Virus record (IMG/VR): IMGVR_UViG_3300037524_000021
Span: 1-38,364 of that record
DNA length: 38,364 nucleotides
Direction: 5' to 3' (one strand)
Origin: a virus
Taxonomy: Duplodnaviria > Caudoviricetes
The notes below the pieces were generated by a model that made no database searches, was not told the DNA's origin, and worked only from the letters and a program-made list of their open reading frames with translations. Positions within the stretch are counted from its first letter, which is position 1. Each line of letters starts with the position of its first letter. The translations under genes and the position numbers were made by a program. Shown here piece by piece: positions 26,901 through 35,261 of the stretch.

Positions 26901-28364
26901 CTTCAGTTTGATCATTGGTGAGTCAGCAATTTGGCCCAACTCCTGAGCACTCATCTTTGCTAGTTCCGCACCGCTGGCCTTTGCCAGTCTCATTGTTTCC
27001 TTTACGGCCTTGCTGTTAATGTTCTTGAATAGCGCACCCATACGAGCATACTGATACTTACCGAATAGAGATTCTAATGCCTGCTGACGCTGGAACTTAG
27101 GCAATTCATTAAGAGCCTTACCGACCCCTTGAATGGTACCAATCAGATCACCTTTGTTTGTTTTGACAATCTTTTCAATATTGATACCCATATTGCCAAG
27201 CGTTTCTACAGCGGTAGCCGTAGGATTGATCATCGATGCCAGACCGCTCTTCAGAGCGTTAGCGCCCTGTTCAGCACTCACACCGCCCTGCCGCAGAGCC
27301 GTCATCATAATGGCAAGGTCTTCGACGTTACCACCTAGACCTTTAATAACGGGAGCAACACGAGGTACGGCAAGAGCCATATCCTCCATTGCTAAGATAG
27401 TTTGGTTTTCAACAGCGTTGAGGAAGTCTGTAGTGCCAGCCATATCCTTAGCACTAATACCGAATGCAGTCTGCATAGCAATAGTGGCTTCAAGGGCTTT
27501 GTTGTAATCCATGTTACCCAAGGTAGCAAGACGCATTGTTTCACGAGTAGCGGCAATAAGGTCTGCTCCCTTAGCACCTGTAGCGGCTGCGCGAGCAGCA
27601 ACATCAAGGGTGTCTGACATAGCAATGCCGTACTGCATCATTTCTTTTGCTACACCCTTTTGAACGTTGGTGAGCATCTGAGACTTCTCGGCTACAGATG
27701 TAGCGGTGTCTCCATATACACGCTTGAATGCAATAGATGACTTTTCAATGTCGTTATATGCTTTAATAGTACCGGCGGCTACAAGGGCAATGGGAATACC
27801 CATACCGACCATCATCTGACGACCGGCCCACTGAGTATTTTTACCCCAGTTAACTAAAGCAGTTGATCCCATCTGAAGGTTTCTGCGGAACAACATCGCC
27901 TGTTGTGTCGCATACATTGCCTCGCCGCCGAACTGCTTCATCATCTTGTCGGGCTTGATCTGCATGGCCTTCTGCGTGCCATTCATTTCCTTACCAAGAG
28001 CGACGTATTGGCTCTGTAGCATTCGTACACGGTCGGCTGCCATGCGATTAATGCGGGAGTGGTCATTACTCCACATGCGAGAGTTCTGACGATAGTTTCT
28101 TAATGTGGTATTACCACGGTCAAACTCGTGGTGCAGTCTACCTAGTTCTGTATGGACGTTACGAATACCAGTAGTGAACATTCCACTACCAGTGAGGACA
28201 TTGCCCATTCTGGCAATTGCCTTCTCCTGAGCCATTACCCCGCCAGCAGTGGCAGCGAGCATGCTCTTGTTCATAGAGGCTACTTTACTTTGTAGCCCCG
28301 CTAACTGAGCAGCCGCATTGGCAGCATTGATCTGTACATTGATTGTGGCGGTTACGCTAGCCAC
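20907..28364 (-). CDS. Tape measure protein
   Basis: 2485 aa, Ala/Gln-rich helical; TP901-type core; follows the tail chaperones. Confidence 0.95.
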   Translation of the reverse strand: MASVTATINVQINAANAAAQLAGLQSKVASMNKSMLAATAGGVMAQEKAIARMGNVLTGSGMFTTGIRNVHTELGRLHHEFDRGNTTLRNYRQNSRMWSNDHSRINRMAADRVRMLQSQYVALGKEMNGTQKAMQIKPDKMMKQFGGEAMYATQQAMLFRRNLQMGSTALVNWGKNTQWAGRQMMVGMGIPIALVAAGTIKAYNDIEKSSIAFKRVYGDTATSVAEKSQMLTNVQKGVAKEMMQYGIAMSDTLDVAARAAATGAKGADLIAATRETMRLATLGNMDYNKALEATIAMQTAFGISAKDMAGTTDFLNAVENQTILAMEDMALAVPRVAPVIKGLGGNVEDLAIMMTALRQGGVSAEQGANALKSGLASMINPTATAVETLGNMGINIEKIVKTNKGDLIGTIQGVGKALNELPKFQRQQALESLFGKYQYARMGALFKNINSKAVKETMRLAKASGAELAKMSAQELGQIADSPMIKLKKSIEELKAAAAPLGALFSDIGAKILTAITPVINFFATNKVAKWGAVLTAGFVAVAGVVTMVVGVIANFIGMMIKAGMAVKSAFRFMMGKGSLSYITTEELNATAAANSLATASERAATGLYAQANAAKLLTSQLQALIAAQTGAATGSVATTAKTGTRAATGMVPVPGATAPAGTLGTEVFGQNNRIFMGTGPFNNRTVHGVTAAEWAKTIRAQGSNFTTANIMPTIASNLGIRGLNNQIGWIKGEEGQRVQRAIYEGVVGDIERLPPGSYVSDTGTLSKDVQKAAGRTTGYSIQRIADDVFAREAAQFRPEVQAALAQTGNWGTLEVGGKSVSLPGSWRNAAKIPGGVPALIERLGGREGFQGNYDAAILQAQRMHLGGKVPMSLDEVRTVQAGLKPGTLPAKTLENVVPKQLETTPQPSPSKPLPQIIYGTDGKYKGVLTPETTQTKKLLNQPAKIPTPKPMKIGYSTAAQASLENANARTVRQPRRFTGMGLMGAGMLGMTVLSGLEMAGKEVPAAAEFAANGLMGVGMATQFFPGVAAKVVAGLSTVAASLGPAGIAIGAVAAAAFVTVKGWQMFNEKTRQQGIDLGNALNNTTDYVDEVGTAFGKTSYIQQQVAKESKVSTEQLTTAQQFLQSDVGKKLLADYTKTTMDVGQNVAGTSLASKLASYVIQGVMGTADVRSFLAALKIENPAQGAQIERYTEGLMGAKLKKSPADLANDVYQRQAQNAQTTIDMLKAQQAQQASATKRPQDRSVWQQIGMGAQSAGGPAGVGTVAGGLVQGTQMRESANRVGGLVASAWNNQIQSGLQNRLALEAQLNALIDERSTLQDKSKEAPLGDADAKRLEYLNKTIPQTREGIGELGDSLDSTSQSMQTMFDAANPEQQGAVLESLTKMLQDSGDASKIIMSDMIRNSQLAQNTQFDLLSKLQNGALNPLGMQNMMTNRNARGPLAGILGMTQQLPVDKLQAFTTEIGKMTGPQAQTALKNFGTRFVNAAKAADLSGREARLAAKELGATDKQASRVQKKVTVKVETKKDSKGDPTKDYKDKKVTVSASTDAARQRIKNLEKEAERLTGKKIKIDAQDNARTVIKHLKDLIQKSREADGQDVNVDTSTNAPDTEGEVQSLGDTIATIAGAGVNVPVDATDNATPKAEGAFNALTDVGNLNPTPSINVNSNAAAVAASTTASLAAIPDEEVVIRVRKEGPVATGGLWTGVAAMAYGGVHKGPGRVTGPGGPTDDKVNARLSDGEFVVRASSVNKYGYAFLSAINEGRYEKQAFASGTPGTPFTKSKTKTPLPPKESDAKGRQADFNNEWRNLMYETENFLRLFKNFGKIIKHGYAVLAPEFQKLDVEFAQYLMDNYSPRQIARMFKGKKDAKAKRIAKKFQAEKRLEDKMTMREEVQTAKDDAAALKRKQELMSSPGLYNNARYGAGNENYVNAVEGMSTEQLQMLDKMKPKKQQAYLENLMAQQRIQKELDKAREEKEKREQDEEQKKETVKTLGQPLADLASLSQLSQITQKSQGQIARLAQTLGISLEDAAKLSAGELANLSEASAIAAEKLELLAMTDVERSNELSSAYQDWISQVQNVKAANADKRIYEKYGKTSSQLDAKNAVRSANISMAQADIDDINEKYEKQLETFDKIAEQQQAIANLERGRLSVASALSSGDIAAAAAAAQQQRTDMAAFGQSQMRNQLENQQKARTIQLEEYISKLQKEQRDIENQMALIRAEEALAAADITAQTEIDNINLLTSVGYWNQIQAASAQHLKNIQDAIALAGQVTPPPSGGGGTGGGTGGGTGGGTGGGGLGPPGLVGGGGGFGQTLPPPGFEKFEQHFDKISNADKDFVKSAVFKNKPKGNGVWADLWAKIGQGKREKIVDFMNSGNNLTSDERAKIRAMNLRTGGLIPGFGNNDSVPAMLTPGEFVVRKAAVAKFGPVLQAMNAGIVGSSPTGGGSVNIDNIIFNINGANLNEHDVADIAVRKMRSLDAATIRGGRF
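21481..21537. repeat. 12-bp tandem repeat encoding (GGGT)n linker
   Basis: ccgccagtgccr repeated about 4.5 times inside the tape measure. Confidence 0.85.
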
Positions 28365-28710
28365 TATCCATCACCTCGTAAGCAATGCCGCTAGCAATGA
28401 AGTCCTGAATATCAGGATCGGCAACAGCGGTACCCATTTTTTCTTCTACCCGTTTCTTTGCACGCTCCTGTACACGTGTGAACGCATCACCAGTTTGAGC
28501 GGCGTCAAGGTCAATACCCTTTAGTGCAGCAAAGAACTTACGATCCTCTGCTGTTTGACGACGGGATTCAACTAAGACTGCATTGAGTTCTGGCATAGAC
28601 AGAGAATCCTCCAACTCCTGAAAGTCCTTCCACTTTCCGACGAGGAAGGCTTCGGATTCCAGTGCGGCGAGGTCTAAGTCTACCCACTTAGCCCCGCCAC
28701 CAGATTTGGG
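28357..28710 (-). CDS. Tail assembly chaperone, -1 frameshift extension (gpGT-like)
   Basis: The -1 frame is open from the slippery site: PKSGGGAKWVDLDLAALESEAFLVGKWKDFQELEDSLSMPEL... Confidence 0.85.
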   Translation of the reverse strand, partial: PKSGGGAKWVDLDLAALESEAFLVGKWKDFQELEDSLSMPELNAVLVESRRQTAEDRKFFAALKGIDLDAAQTGDAFTRVQERAKKRVEEKMGTAVADPDIQDFIASGIAYEVMDSG

Positions 28711-29009
28711 TCACTGTCATCCAACTTGATGCCGGATGCAACCTCAATAATCTTATAGATGGTGGGCAAGTCAAGTTCGTCCTCAAGGGCTTCCTTGTCC
28801 TTTGCCAGTTCTGGATCGTACTGCTGCATAGCAATAGCCACGCAGTCTACCATCTTCGTCAATGACTTGTCATTGTCATCTGCTACCTTTGATAGACCAT
28901 CAAACTCCTTCATAAACTTACGAAGAAGAGACAGTTTGAGCGGGCGTAGTACGAGAGTCTTCCCGCTGAATAGTTCTACCTCTACAGACTGATAGACGGT
29001 AGTTGCCAT
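28680..29009 (-). CDS. Tail assembly chaperone (gpG-like)
   Basis: Lies between major tail and tape measure; SD AAAGGAG. Confidence 0.88.
   Translation of the reverse strand: MATTVYQSVEVELFSGKTLVLRPLKLSLLRKFMKEFDGLSKVADDNDKSLTKMVDCVAIAMQQYDPELAKDKEALEDELDLPTIYKIIEVASGIKLDDSDPNLVAGLSG
28704..28710 (-). other. -1 programmed frameshift slippery site C-CCA-AAT
   Basis: X-XXY-YYZ heptamer, in frame near the end of the chaperone gene. Confidence 0.8.
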
Positions 29010-29050
29010 AAGTAAATCTCCTTTGTGTAGTACATTAATTATAGCATACG

Positions 29051-29077
29051 AAAGCCCGCCCAGTCTCCTGAGCGGGC
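29051..29077 (-). terminator. Intrinsic terminator after major tail gene
   Basis: GCCCGCTCAG-GAGA-CTGGGCGGGC-TTT. Confidence 0.75.
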
Positions 29078-29092
29078 CAGCGTATTGTTAGA

Positions 29093-29743
29093 TCAAGACC
29101 AAGTGCGGTCAACAATCTTTCCGTAATCACCAGAAGTATCTTCTGGAAGCAAACGGAAGTTCACTTCGAACGCAGTCGGCTCGTCGCGCTTTGCTGATAG
29201 GGTTACTGACTCGATTGATAGTGCGCGGTACGCGATGTAAACACGCTCCTTCTTATCAGACACCTCACAGTCACCAGAACCCGGCCCCACTGCAACGATG
29301 CCTCTCTCAACGGGACACTCACCAATGTCACCAGCAGAAAGTGTTAATACTCTCTCGCTTGCGGCACCAGTCAACTCATCATCGTCATACGCAAGTACAA
29401 CTAGCAAGTTTTCCAGTGTAGCCTCGGCCAAAGACGTTTTCATTGATACCTTCATGCCCTGCTTGTACAGTTTCACAACGTCAAGCACCTGATCAACACT
29501 TACCTCACCGAAATCCGGTTCGAATGTCAACTCAAGACCATTGGTTGTGTAACCAACGTTGTCGAAGTCAGCATCGAATGTCAGTGTCTCCTTGTAAGAG
29601 CGCACGGATTCGAATGCGGGGTATGCATCATCGTCTGACGTTACACCAGAACTTGCAGCCGAAGGGGACAAAGGCCCATTGGCTACAAACAGTGCAGCGG
29701 CACCTACGATAACGTTCTTTGAATCTCCACGTGTATATGCCAT
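29093..29743 (-). CDS. Major tail protein
   Basis: VGYTTNGLELTFEP...VDQ...LAEATLENL siphovirus tail tube motifs. Confidence 0.9.
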   Translation of the reverse strand: MAYTRGDSKNVIVGAAALFVANGPLSPSAASSGVTSDDDAYPAFESVRSYKETLTFDADFDNVGYTTNGLELTFEPDFGEVSVDQVLDVVKLYKQGMKVSMKTSLAEATLENLLVVLAYDDDELTGAASERVLTLSAGDIGECPVERGIVAVGPGSGDCEVSDKKERVYIAYRALSIESVTLSAKRDEPTAFEVNFRLLPEDTSGDYGKIVDRTWS

Positions 29744-29810
29744 TATTTTTCACCTACCTTTACGCAAAAGTTGTCGGCGGCGTTCCTCACAAGACTATTA
29801 TACCCCTATT

Positions 29811-30320
29811 TCAGTCGAACTTTGTTTGTTTTGTAATGTGGTATTCGAACTCTACTACCATAGTTGATAGGTATCTTTGATTAAGAGCCATATCCATACG
29901 GTTTTCAGCAGTTTGGTCTACTTGCATTGCTTTGAACCAATGAAAATATACCCCCGCGTCTGGGTGATTTTGAGACAACCAGTTGTTCAAGTCTTGGGCA
30001 GCAGAATCTTGCCTGTCAATAATGAGAGCCATTACATTAGACCATGTTAATGCTTCAGTTGGAGTTCCCTTAATGAAGTAGAGCGCTTGAGTTCTATGAA
30101 TGAAGTACCCCGCTCGTGAGCGCATCTTGAACATCTGATCATAAATGACATATGGCTTGTCCTTCCACGGCCACTCGTCTGATCGTGTATCTGAAATCGG
30201 GAAGAACGGAACGATATTTCCATAGTCCTTTTCTAATGAATCGTCTAGAGACTTCATGGAATCCCAAATGTACTTGTTGATATACGTAGTTGCAATTGGG
30301 AATGCGTCTGTCAATGTCAT
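29811..30320 (-). CDS. Putative tail terminator/completion protein
   Basis: Directly upstream of the major tail gene; PYVIYD motif. Confidence 0.65.
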   Translation of the reverse strand: MTLTDAFPIATTYINKYIWDSMKSLDDSLEKDYGNIVPFFPISDTRSDEWPWKDKPYVIYDQMFKMRSRAGYFIHRTQALYFIKGTPTEALTWSNVMALIIDRQDSAAQDLNNWLSQNHPDAGVYFHWFKAMQVDQTAENRMDMALNQRYLSTMVVEFEYHITKQTKFD

Positions 30321-30982
30321 AGAATCACTCCTACATTAGGTGAAGTGATCCACTTGTATCCTGCACCCTGCCCCGCTCCGAAGCCACCACCCAGAGCACC
30401 AGCAGCGAATGAAGCCAGGAACTCATCTGCAACCGCTAGGTCTGCAAGCATTGCCTGCATAAGAGATTGTGAAATCACTGTATTGAAGAACAAATCTGTA
30501 AACCTCTTCCAACTACCCACCGTTGCCGCACCACCTGGATGCGCTACGGTTACATCGTTTGGAGTATACACATCATCCCAATGCAAATACTCTACATTGA
30601 CAGGACTGATAGTAACGCTTCCACCGGATTCCATTACGTCTGCTTTGTTGTAGAAAGGAACGGTAGACCTGTGTGGTAACGATGAAGAAGCCTGAGTCTC
30701 ACCAGTGAATACAATCGTCCCGCCACCTACAGAATAGTTGTATTCAAACAGTCTAGCACCAGACGAACCTGCTTGATACCACTCGTATACATGGTGCAAT
30801 GCTGCATGATTACCAGCAGCCATTGAATCCATCCACTTACCAAGTGCTTCCTTGACTACCTCAGCGATTTCAGCCATCAATACAGGTAGCCCTTCGTGAC
30901 CACCAGCAATGAAGCCTTCGCAGTATTGTGCAGTGTTTTTAAGAATTCGTTCCAACTCAGAAGTGTCCATAATTATAGTCAT
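30317..30982 (-). CDS. Putative neck/head-tail protein
   Basis: Position in the head-tail joining block. Confidence 0.6.
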   Translation of the reverse strand: MTIIMDTSELERILKNTAQYCEGFIAGGHEGLPVLMAEIAEVVKEALGKWMDSMAAGNHAALHHVYEWYQAGSSGARLFEYNYSVGGGTIVFTGETQASSSLPHRSTVPFYNKADVMESGGSVTISPVNVEYLHWDDVYTPNDVTVAHPGGAATVGSWKRFTDLFFNTVISQSLMQAMLADLAVADEFLASFAAGALGGGFGAGQGAGYKWITSPNVGVIL

Positions 30983-31401
30983 ACTATCGCCTGCTCATCT
31001 GCTCTGTTGAATACTACTTTAACATAATCAAGATGGTTGAACGGGTCTACATGCGGCATGTATCCAACCACTTCATAAACAGTTGAATCTCCTGCTCGTG
31101 GGCCTGCGGTTTCTTTGTAGATTACCCCGCCGCAGTTTGCTCTCAAATTGGCTACAAGAATATCAGTTAGACCATGCATTTCACCGAATGAGTCTACACG
31201 AATATCTTCTGTGATCTGAGCATTGATCTGGTCAAGAATACGCAACCTCTGTTCTGGATACAAATTCTGATCTTTATAATTAGTATTAGATGCCAACCGA
31301 CATTTTACACTTCTATCATAACTCCACACATGAATAAGTTCACCTAAATCATTCTGCGTTGTGGTTGAGTAGTACACATCGAGTAGTAATGGATAGAACA
31401 T
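30979..31401 (-). CDS. Putative head-to-tail stopper
   Basis: Size, position and beta-rich pattern (..NDLGE...W). Confidence 0.65.
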   Translation of the reverse strand: MFYPLLLDVYYSTTTQNDLGELIHVWSYDRSVKCRLASNTNYKDQNLYPEQRLRILDQINAQITEDIRVDSFGEMHGLTDILVANLRANCGGVIYKETAGPRAGDSTVYEVVGYMPHVDPFNHLDYVKVVFNRADEQAIV

Positions 31402-32282
31402 TACAACACCCCGACGTTATGGAACAGAGTTTGTCCCCAGTACCTTTTCAGAGTTTGATCAACAATGAGATCGCCTGTACCGGAGAATGCGCGGCGGTCG
31501 AAGTCCGTTCTGAACTCGTCTGTTTCATACTTGACAACATACTTTTGTAAGTAATTGGGTGTGCCGCACGCCAGTTCTTTAACCATTCTCTTCGTAATTG
31601 TTTGAATGTCTGTGGGAACGACGGGCCAGCCACACTCTGCTGTGACAGTGTATACATAATCATTACCGAATTGAATACCCCAATACATATTGGTATAGGT
31701 ATCTGACGATCCGGTGGGAACCTTGATTGGTGAGCCTTCCATGATATCTTCTGTAGAAGCAACCTTTATATACAGTCCATTATCAGAAAGAACATAGTCA
31801 TAAGTATTGTCAATTCCATCAAACACTACCTCGCCATTTTCCTTAATTTCAATAAGTTTGCGTACAGGATGGCCTAGCGGTAACACATCTGATCCAGTTC
31901 CCATTCTTTCAAAAACATGCTTCTGGTAATAGAATCCACCAACAATATTGTCAATTGCCAACCTTGCTATTGCTTCATATTCAGAATAAGTGGAGAAGTC
32001 TTCATCTGGAAACACTTTGGTTACATCGATATAAGGTCGCACTACTCTGATTGTATCTTCAACAACTATCTCGCCGGTATCATCAAGAATAGTCAATGCA
32101 TATTCTGCGTCATACTTTTGTAACTCTTCTGGTATTGTTACTTCTAAAAGCGAGTACATATCTGAATCTTCAAGGTACTCTAAATCTTCTGAATTATCAA
32201 ATCTAATTGTGTGTTCGGTATCGGGATCAGCAACCGGATATGTAGTTGTTAACGGATAAGGTGGTACACGATAGATTTCCAT
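31401..32282 (-). CDS. Head-to-tail adaptor
   Basis: GWPVVPTDI and TGDLIVDQTLKRY motifs. Confidence 0.75.
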   Translation of the reverse strand: MEIYRVPPYPLTTTYPVADPDTEHTIRFDNSEDLEYLEDSDMYSLLEVTIPEELQKYDAEYALTILDDTGEIVVEDTIRVVRPYIDVTKVFPDEDFSTYSEYEAIARLAIDNIVGGFYYQKHVFERMGTGSDVLPLGHPVRKLIEIKENGEVVFDGIDNTYDYVLSDNGLYIKVASTEDIMEGSPIKVPTGSSDTYTNMYWGIQFGNDYVYTVTAECGWPVVPTDIQTITKRMVKELACGTPNYLQKYVVKYETDEFRTDFDRRAFSGTGDLIVDQTLKRYWGQTLFHNVGVL

Positions 32283-32812
32283 TATAGATCAAAGTGCATG
32301 GCTACTTCGTCTGGCGTTGCATCGCGTACTCCACGCAGGCGCTTCCATAACTCTGCTTCCTCTCTTGTAACAAAACTGTATCCTCTCGGAAGGTGACCTA
32401 CTTTTTCCCAATGTAGGTTCTTATTTGAGTATACCGCGACTTTCTCTTTCGGGTCTAATGGTTTGTTGCCAGCATCTCGGCGGGCGGTGTTGACAAGAGG
32501 CTTTTCAGCGAACTCTTCTTCAGTGAGAGTATTACGCCATTGCTCATCAATAATGTCGGCCTTGCGCTCTAGATGTTCTTTGCGGTCCTTCTTATTCAAT
32601 GAATATACCCGCGACTCTGGAACTTTGGTGGCTGGGGTTAATGTATTGGGAATCTCGTACATACCTTCTGTCTGCACCATAATGGCACGTGCAAGATTCA
32701 ACTTCTTATCTGCCGCCCTGAATTGCACATTGTTATGTCTTGCGATCTCCAACAACTGTACCTTAGTGTAGAAATCATATAATTCTAAAGCCTTGTCTTC
32801 ATACTCTTGCAT
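32282..32812 (-). CDS. Hypothetical protein with N-terminal HeH/Rho-N-like motif
   Basis: TKVQLLEIARHNNV...KKLNLARAI; leaderless start after TATAAT. Confidence 0.65.
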   Translation of the reverse strand: MQEYEDKALELYDFYTKVQLLEIARHNNVQFRAADKKLNLARAIMVQTEGMYEIPNTLTPATKVPESRVYSLNKKDRKEHLERKADIIDEQWRNTLTEEEFAEKPLVNTARRDAGNKPLDPKEKVAVYSNKNLHWEKVGHLPRGYSFVTREEAELWKRLRGVRDATPDEVAMHFDL

Positions 32813-32830
32813 ATATCTATTATACCAAAC

Positions 32831-32864
32831 AAAAGACTGAGGGGTGGCCCGAAGACCACCCCTC
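32831..32864 (-). terminator. Intrinsic terminator after major capsid gene
   Basis: GAGGGGTGGTC-TTCG-GGCCACCCCTC followed by AGTCTTTT. Confidence 0.85.
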
Positions 32865-32889
32865 CTATACTCTTATAGAGTTTACCCGA

Positions 32890-33948
32890 TTAGTACGGGT
32901 TTGCTGCTGAGTCTGCGAATGCAACGGCATCCAACTCTTCCCAAGCAATTCCAAATCGAACGTACACTGTGTACTCAATTGTGTCCTTCTTCGGCTTGAA
33001 CTCGCGGTAGACCTCTACGTCACGCTGGAATCCCCACACACGGTTCTGTGGGAACGTCAACTCTACGTAGTCATCAGGGAAGTAGGGAACCTCAACGACA
33101 GGTAGCCCAAGAGCGCGGGTCTGGCGCACATCGCCAATTGTTTGATCTGCACCCGAAAGCCACTGGTTACGGAACTGCTCTGTGTAAACAGAGTCAGCAA
33201 GCGTACCATTATTCCTTACGATACCTGCGAACGTATCAGTGCTAGCATAGAACTTAAGTCCTGTCTTTAGCGCACGATACTTACGAGGCATGGCATGAAT
33301 AACCTGCTCAAGAACCTCTGGTGTCCACTCGTTATTCGACACAGTAACTACGGCCTCGTGAGCCTCACTACCTGTCGTAACTTGATTCACGAATCCCTTC
33401 AAAATAGAAAGGAATGAACCAGTAGAACCATCGCCATTGATAGCCAAGTCTTCAACATCATTTGCGAAAGCGTTTGTCATTAGACGAACCAAGTGATCCT
33501 CTAGCGCTGCGCCCTCAATGTTGTCCTCAAGAGACTCAGTTGCAACCTCCCAATCCAAACGAATCTTCGTAGTTGTCAACTCAATCTTGGAGAACTTAGC
33601 ATTAGCGTTCTCATATGTTCCATCAGCCTGCTTTGCGGCACGAATTACGCGCTCTCCCACGTTTACCTTATTCAACTCCATTGTGTTAGCACGCATGTTT
33701 ACGCGGCGACCGTCTTTAGCGATCACTGCTGCGTCCCAAATGTAGTCAATAAAACGACGAGACTGCTCAGGTTGGAGAATACCACCGGGAACACCAGTAG
33801 GATTAACAGCGTTCGGGCCTGTGGTTACACCACTAAGACCGCCAGGAACGTTCCCTAGCACACCGGCTGCGGGGTCGCTTACGCCACCCACTCCACCAGA
33901 AGCAAAAGCACCTGCCTCGGCTGACTTCTCAAGAATTTCTTCCGACAT
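32890..33948 (-). CDS. Major capsid protein (HK97 fold)
   Basis: GGILQPEQ, ESLEDNIE, AINGDG, GLPVVEVP; strong SD AGGAGG. Confidence 0.93.
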   Translation of the reverse strand: MSEEILEKSAEAGAFASGGVGGVSDPAAGVLGNVPGGLSGVTTGPNAVNPTGVPGGILQPEQSRRFIDYIWDAAVIAKDGRRVNMRANTMELNKVNVGERVIRAAKQADGTYENANAKFSKIELTTTKIRLDWEVATESLEDNIEGAALEDHLVRLMTNAFANDVEDLAINGDGSTGSFLSILKGFVNQVTTGSEAHEAVVTVSNNEWTPEVLEQVIHAMPRKYRALKTGLKFYASTDTFAGIVRNNGTLADSVYTEQFRNQWLSGADQTIGDVRQTRALGLPVVEVPYFPDDYVELTFPQNRVWGFQRDVEVYREFKPKKDTIEYTVYVRFGIAWEELDAVAFADSAANPY

Positions 33949-33986
33949 TATTTTTTCACCTCCTGTGATTCTCGATTTTTAGTTTC

Positions 33987-35228
33987 TTATAGGTCGGAAA
34001 CTGCGAGGAACATTCCTCCCCATACGGAATCACTCTTGGTGATTCTCTTTTCCTGAGCGACCTCGCCAAGATCGCCAGACTTACGGAAAGCGGTTGTATC
34101 TTCCACCTTGTCAACACGCTTACCAAACTCTTCTACACTTTCAGTAGTCTCAGTAACCTTCGACTCAACACTGTCCATGCGCTCCGTCACTGTCTTTTCA
34201 ATGCCTTCAATGCGCTCAGTCAGTGAAGTCAACGTACTTACCACAGACTCTAGTGACTTAATTAGGAGTTCATTAACGGCATCAGGCTCATCAGCCTTTG
34301 CCACTTCCTCCGCAGGAGCCTCTGCAATTACTTCAGACTCTTCAGCCTTTTCTACATCAGCAACGGCCTCTTCAGCCTGCTCAACGTCGTCTGTCTTTTC
34401 TACAGCGTCTTCGACTACAGTTTCCTCAACTACCTCTTCAGTAGCATCGGTCTTTTCGACTACATCAGTCTCGTTGTGCTCTGCCATTTCTTTCGCCTCC
34501 TTTACTAGATTATTTCCAATATGTTTGGACACCATACCCTTAATGATACCAGACTTTTCTGTATCATTTGACTCAACAAAGCCAATATCATTCATTTCAC
34601 AGTTACATACTGGACACTTCATATCGGTTTCTTTTGAAACCTTGACTACATTGTCATCTTTACACATGTAAATAGTCTCTAGATCGCCCTTGATATCCAT
34701 ACCCTCAAGAACGTCCCCTACCTTTTGAACAAGTGTGACGTTTGCCAGTGGATTAGCGGGAGTGTCTACCAAAGACAACTCAACCATTTCATAATCATCT
34801 ACCACGCGAACCATCTTGTCAATGTTTTCATCATAGACGTTTCGCGTTTCCTTAAGCCTACCGCCAATTGAAAATCCAGAAAGAGTACCGTCAAGCACTT
34901 TTTCCCAAGTGTCCTGTGCGCCTCGTGAGATATACGCACTTACAAATACACCCTGATATGACTTGCCAGTATCACTATCGAATAGCGTTTCCGGCTTGAA
35001 ATGCAGCATCTTTCCGACAGCCTTGTGCGGATCGTGCTGCTCTCTAATGTTGCCTCGGAACTTCTCAAATGCTTTAACGCTTGCTTCTAGAGGAACGATA
35101 TCATTCTGCTTGTCAAGATTATCAAGCGTTGCGAAACCATATACAGTGCGGCGCTCTACGTCAACTTTAGTGACAGGAAGACTAATCCGTAGATTGTCTT
35201 CGTTCATAGAATAATCTGTTTCGTACAA
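33987..35228 (-). CDS. Capsid maturation protease fused to acidic scaffold
   Basis: REQH...AVGK, GFSIGG, ELSLVDTPANP; Glu-rich coiled C-terminus. Confidence 0.92.
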   Translation of the reverse strand: MYETDYSMNEDNLRISLPVTKVDVERRTVYGFATLDNLDKQNDIVPLEASVKAFEKFRGNIREQHDPHKAVGKMLHFKPETLFDSDTGKSYQGVFVSAYISRGAQDTWEKVLDGTLSGFSIGGRLKETRNVYDENIDKMVRVVDDYEMVELSLVDTPANPLANVTLVQKVGDVLEGMDIKGDLETIYMCKDDNVVKVSKETDMKCPVCNCEMNDIGFVESNDTEKSGIIKGMVSKHIGNNLVKEAKEMAEHNETDVVEKTDATEEVVEETVVEDAVEKTDDVEQAEEAVADVEKAEESEVIAEAPAEEVAKADEPDAVNELLIKSLESVVSTLTSLTERIEGIEKTVTERMDSVESKVTETTESVEEFGKRVDKVEDTTAFRKSGDLGEVAQEKRITKSDSVWGGMFLAVSDL

Positions 35229-35261
35229 GTGATGAACCTCCTAGTGGCATTATACCACCAA

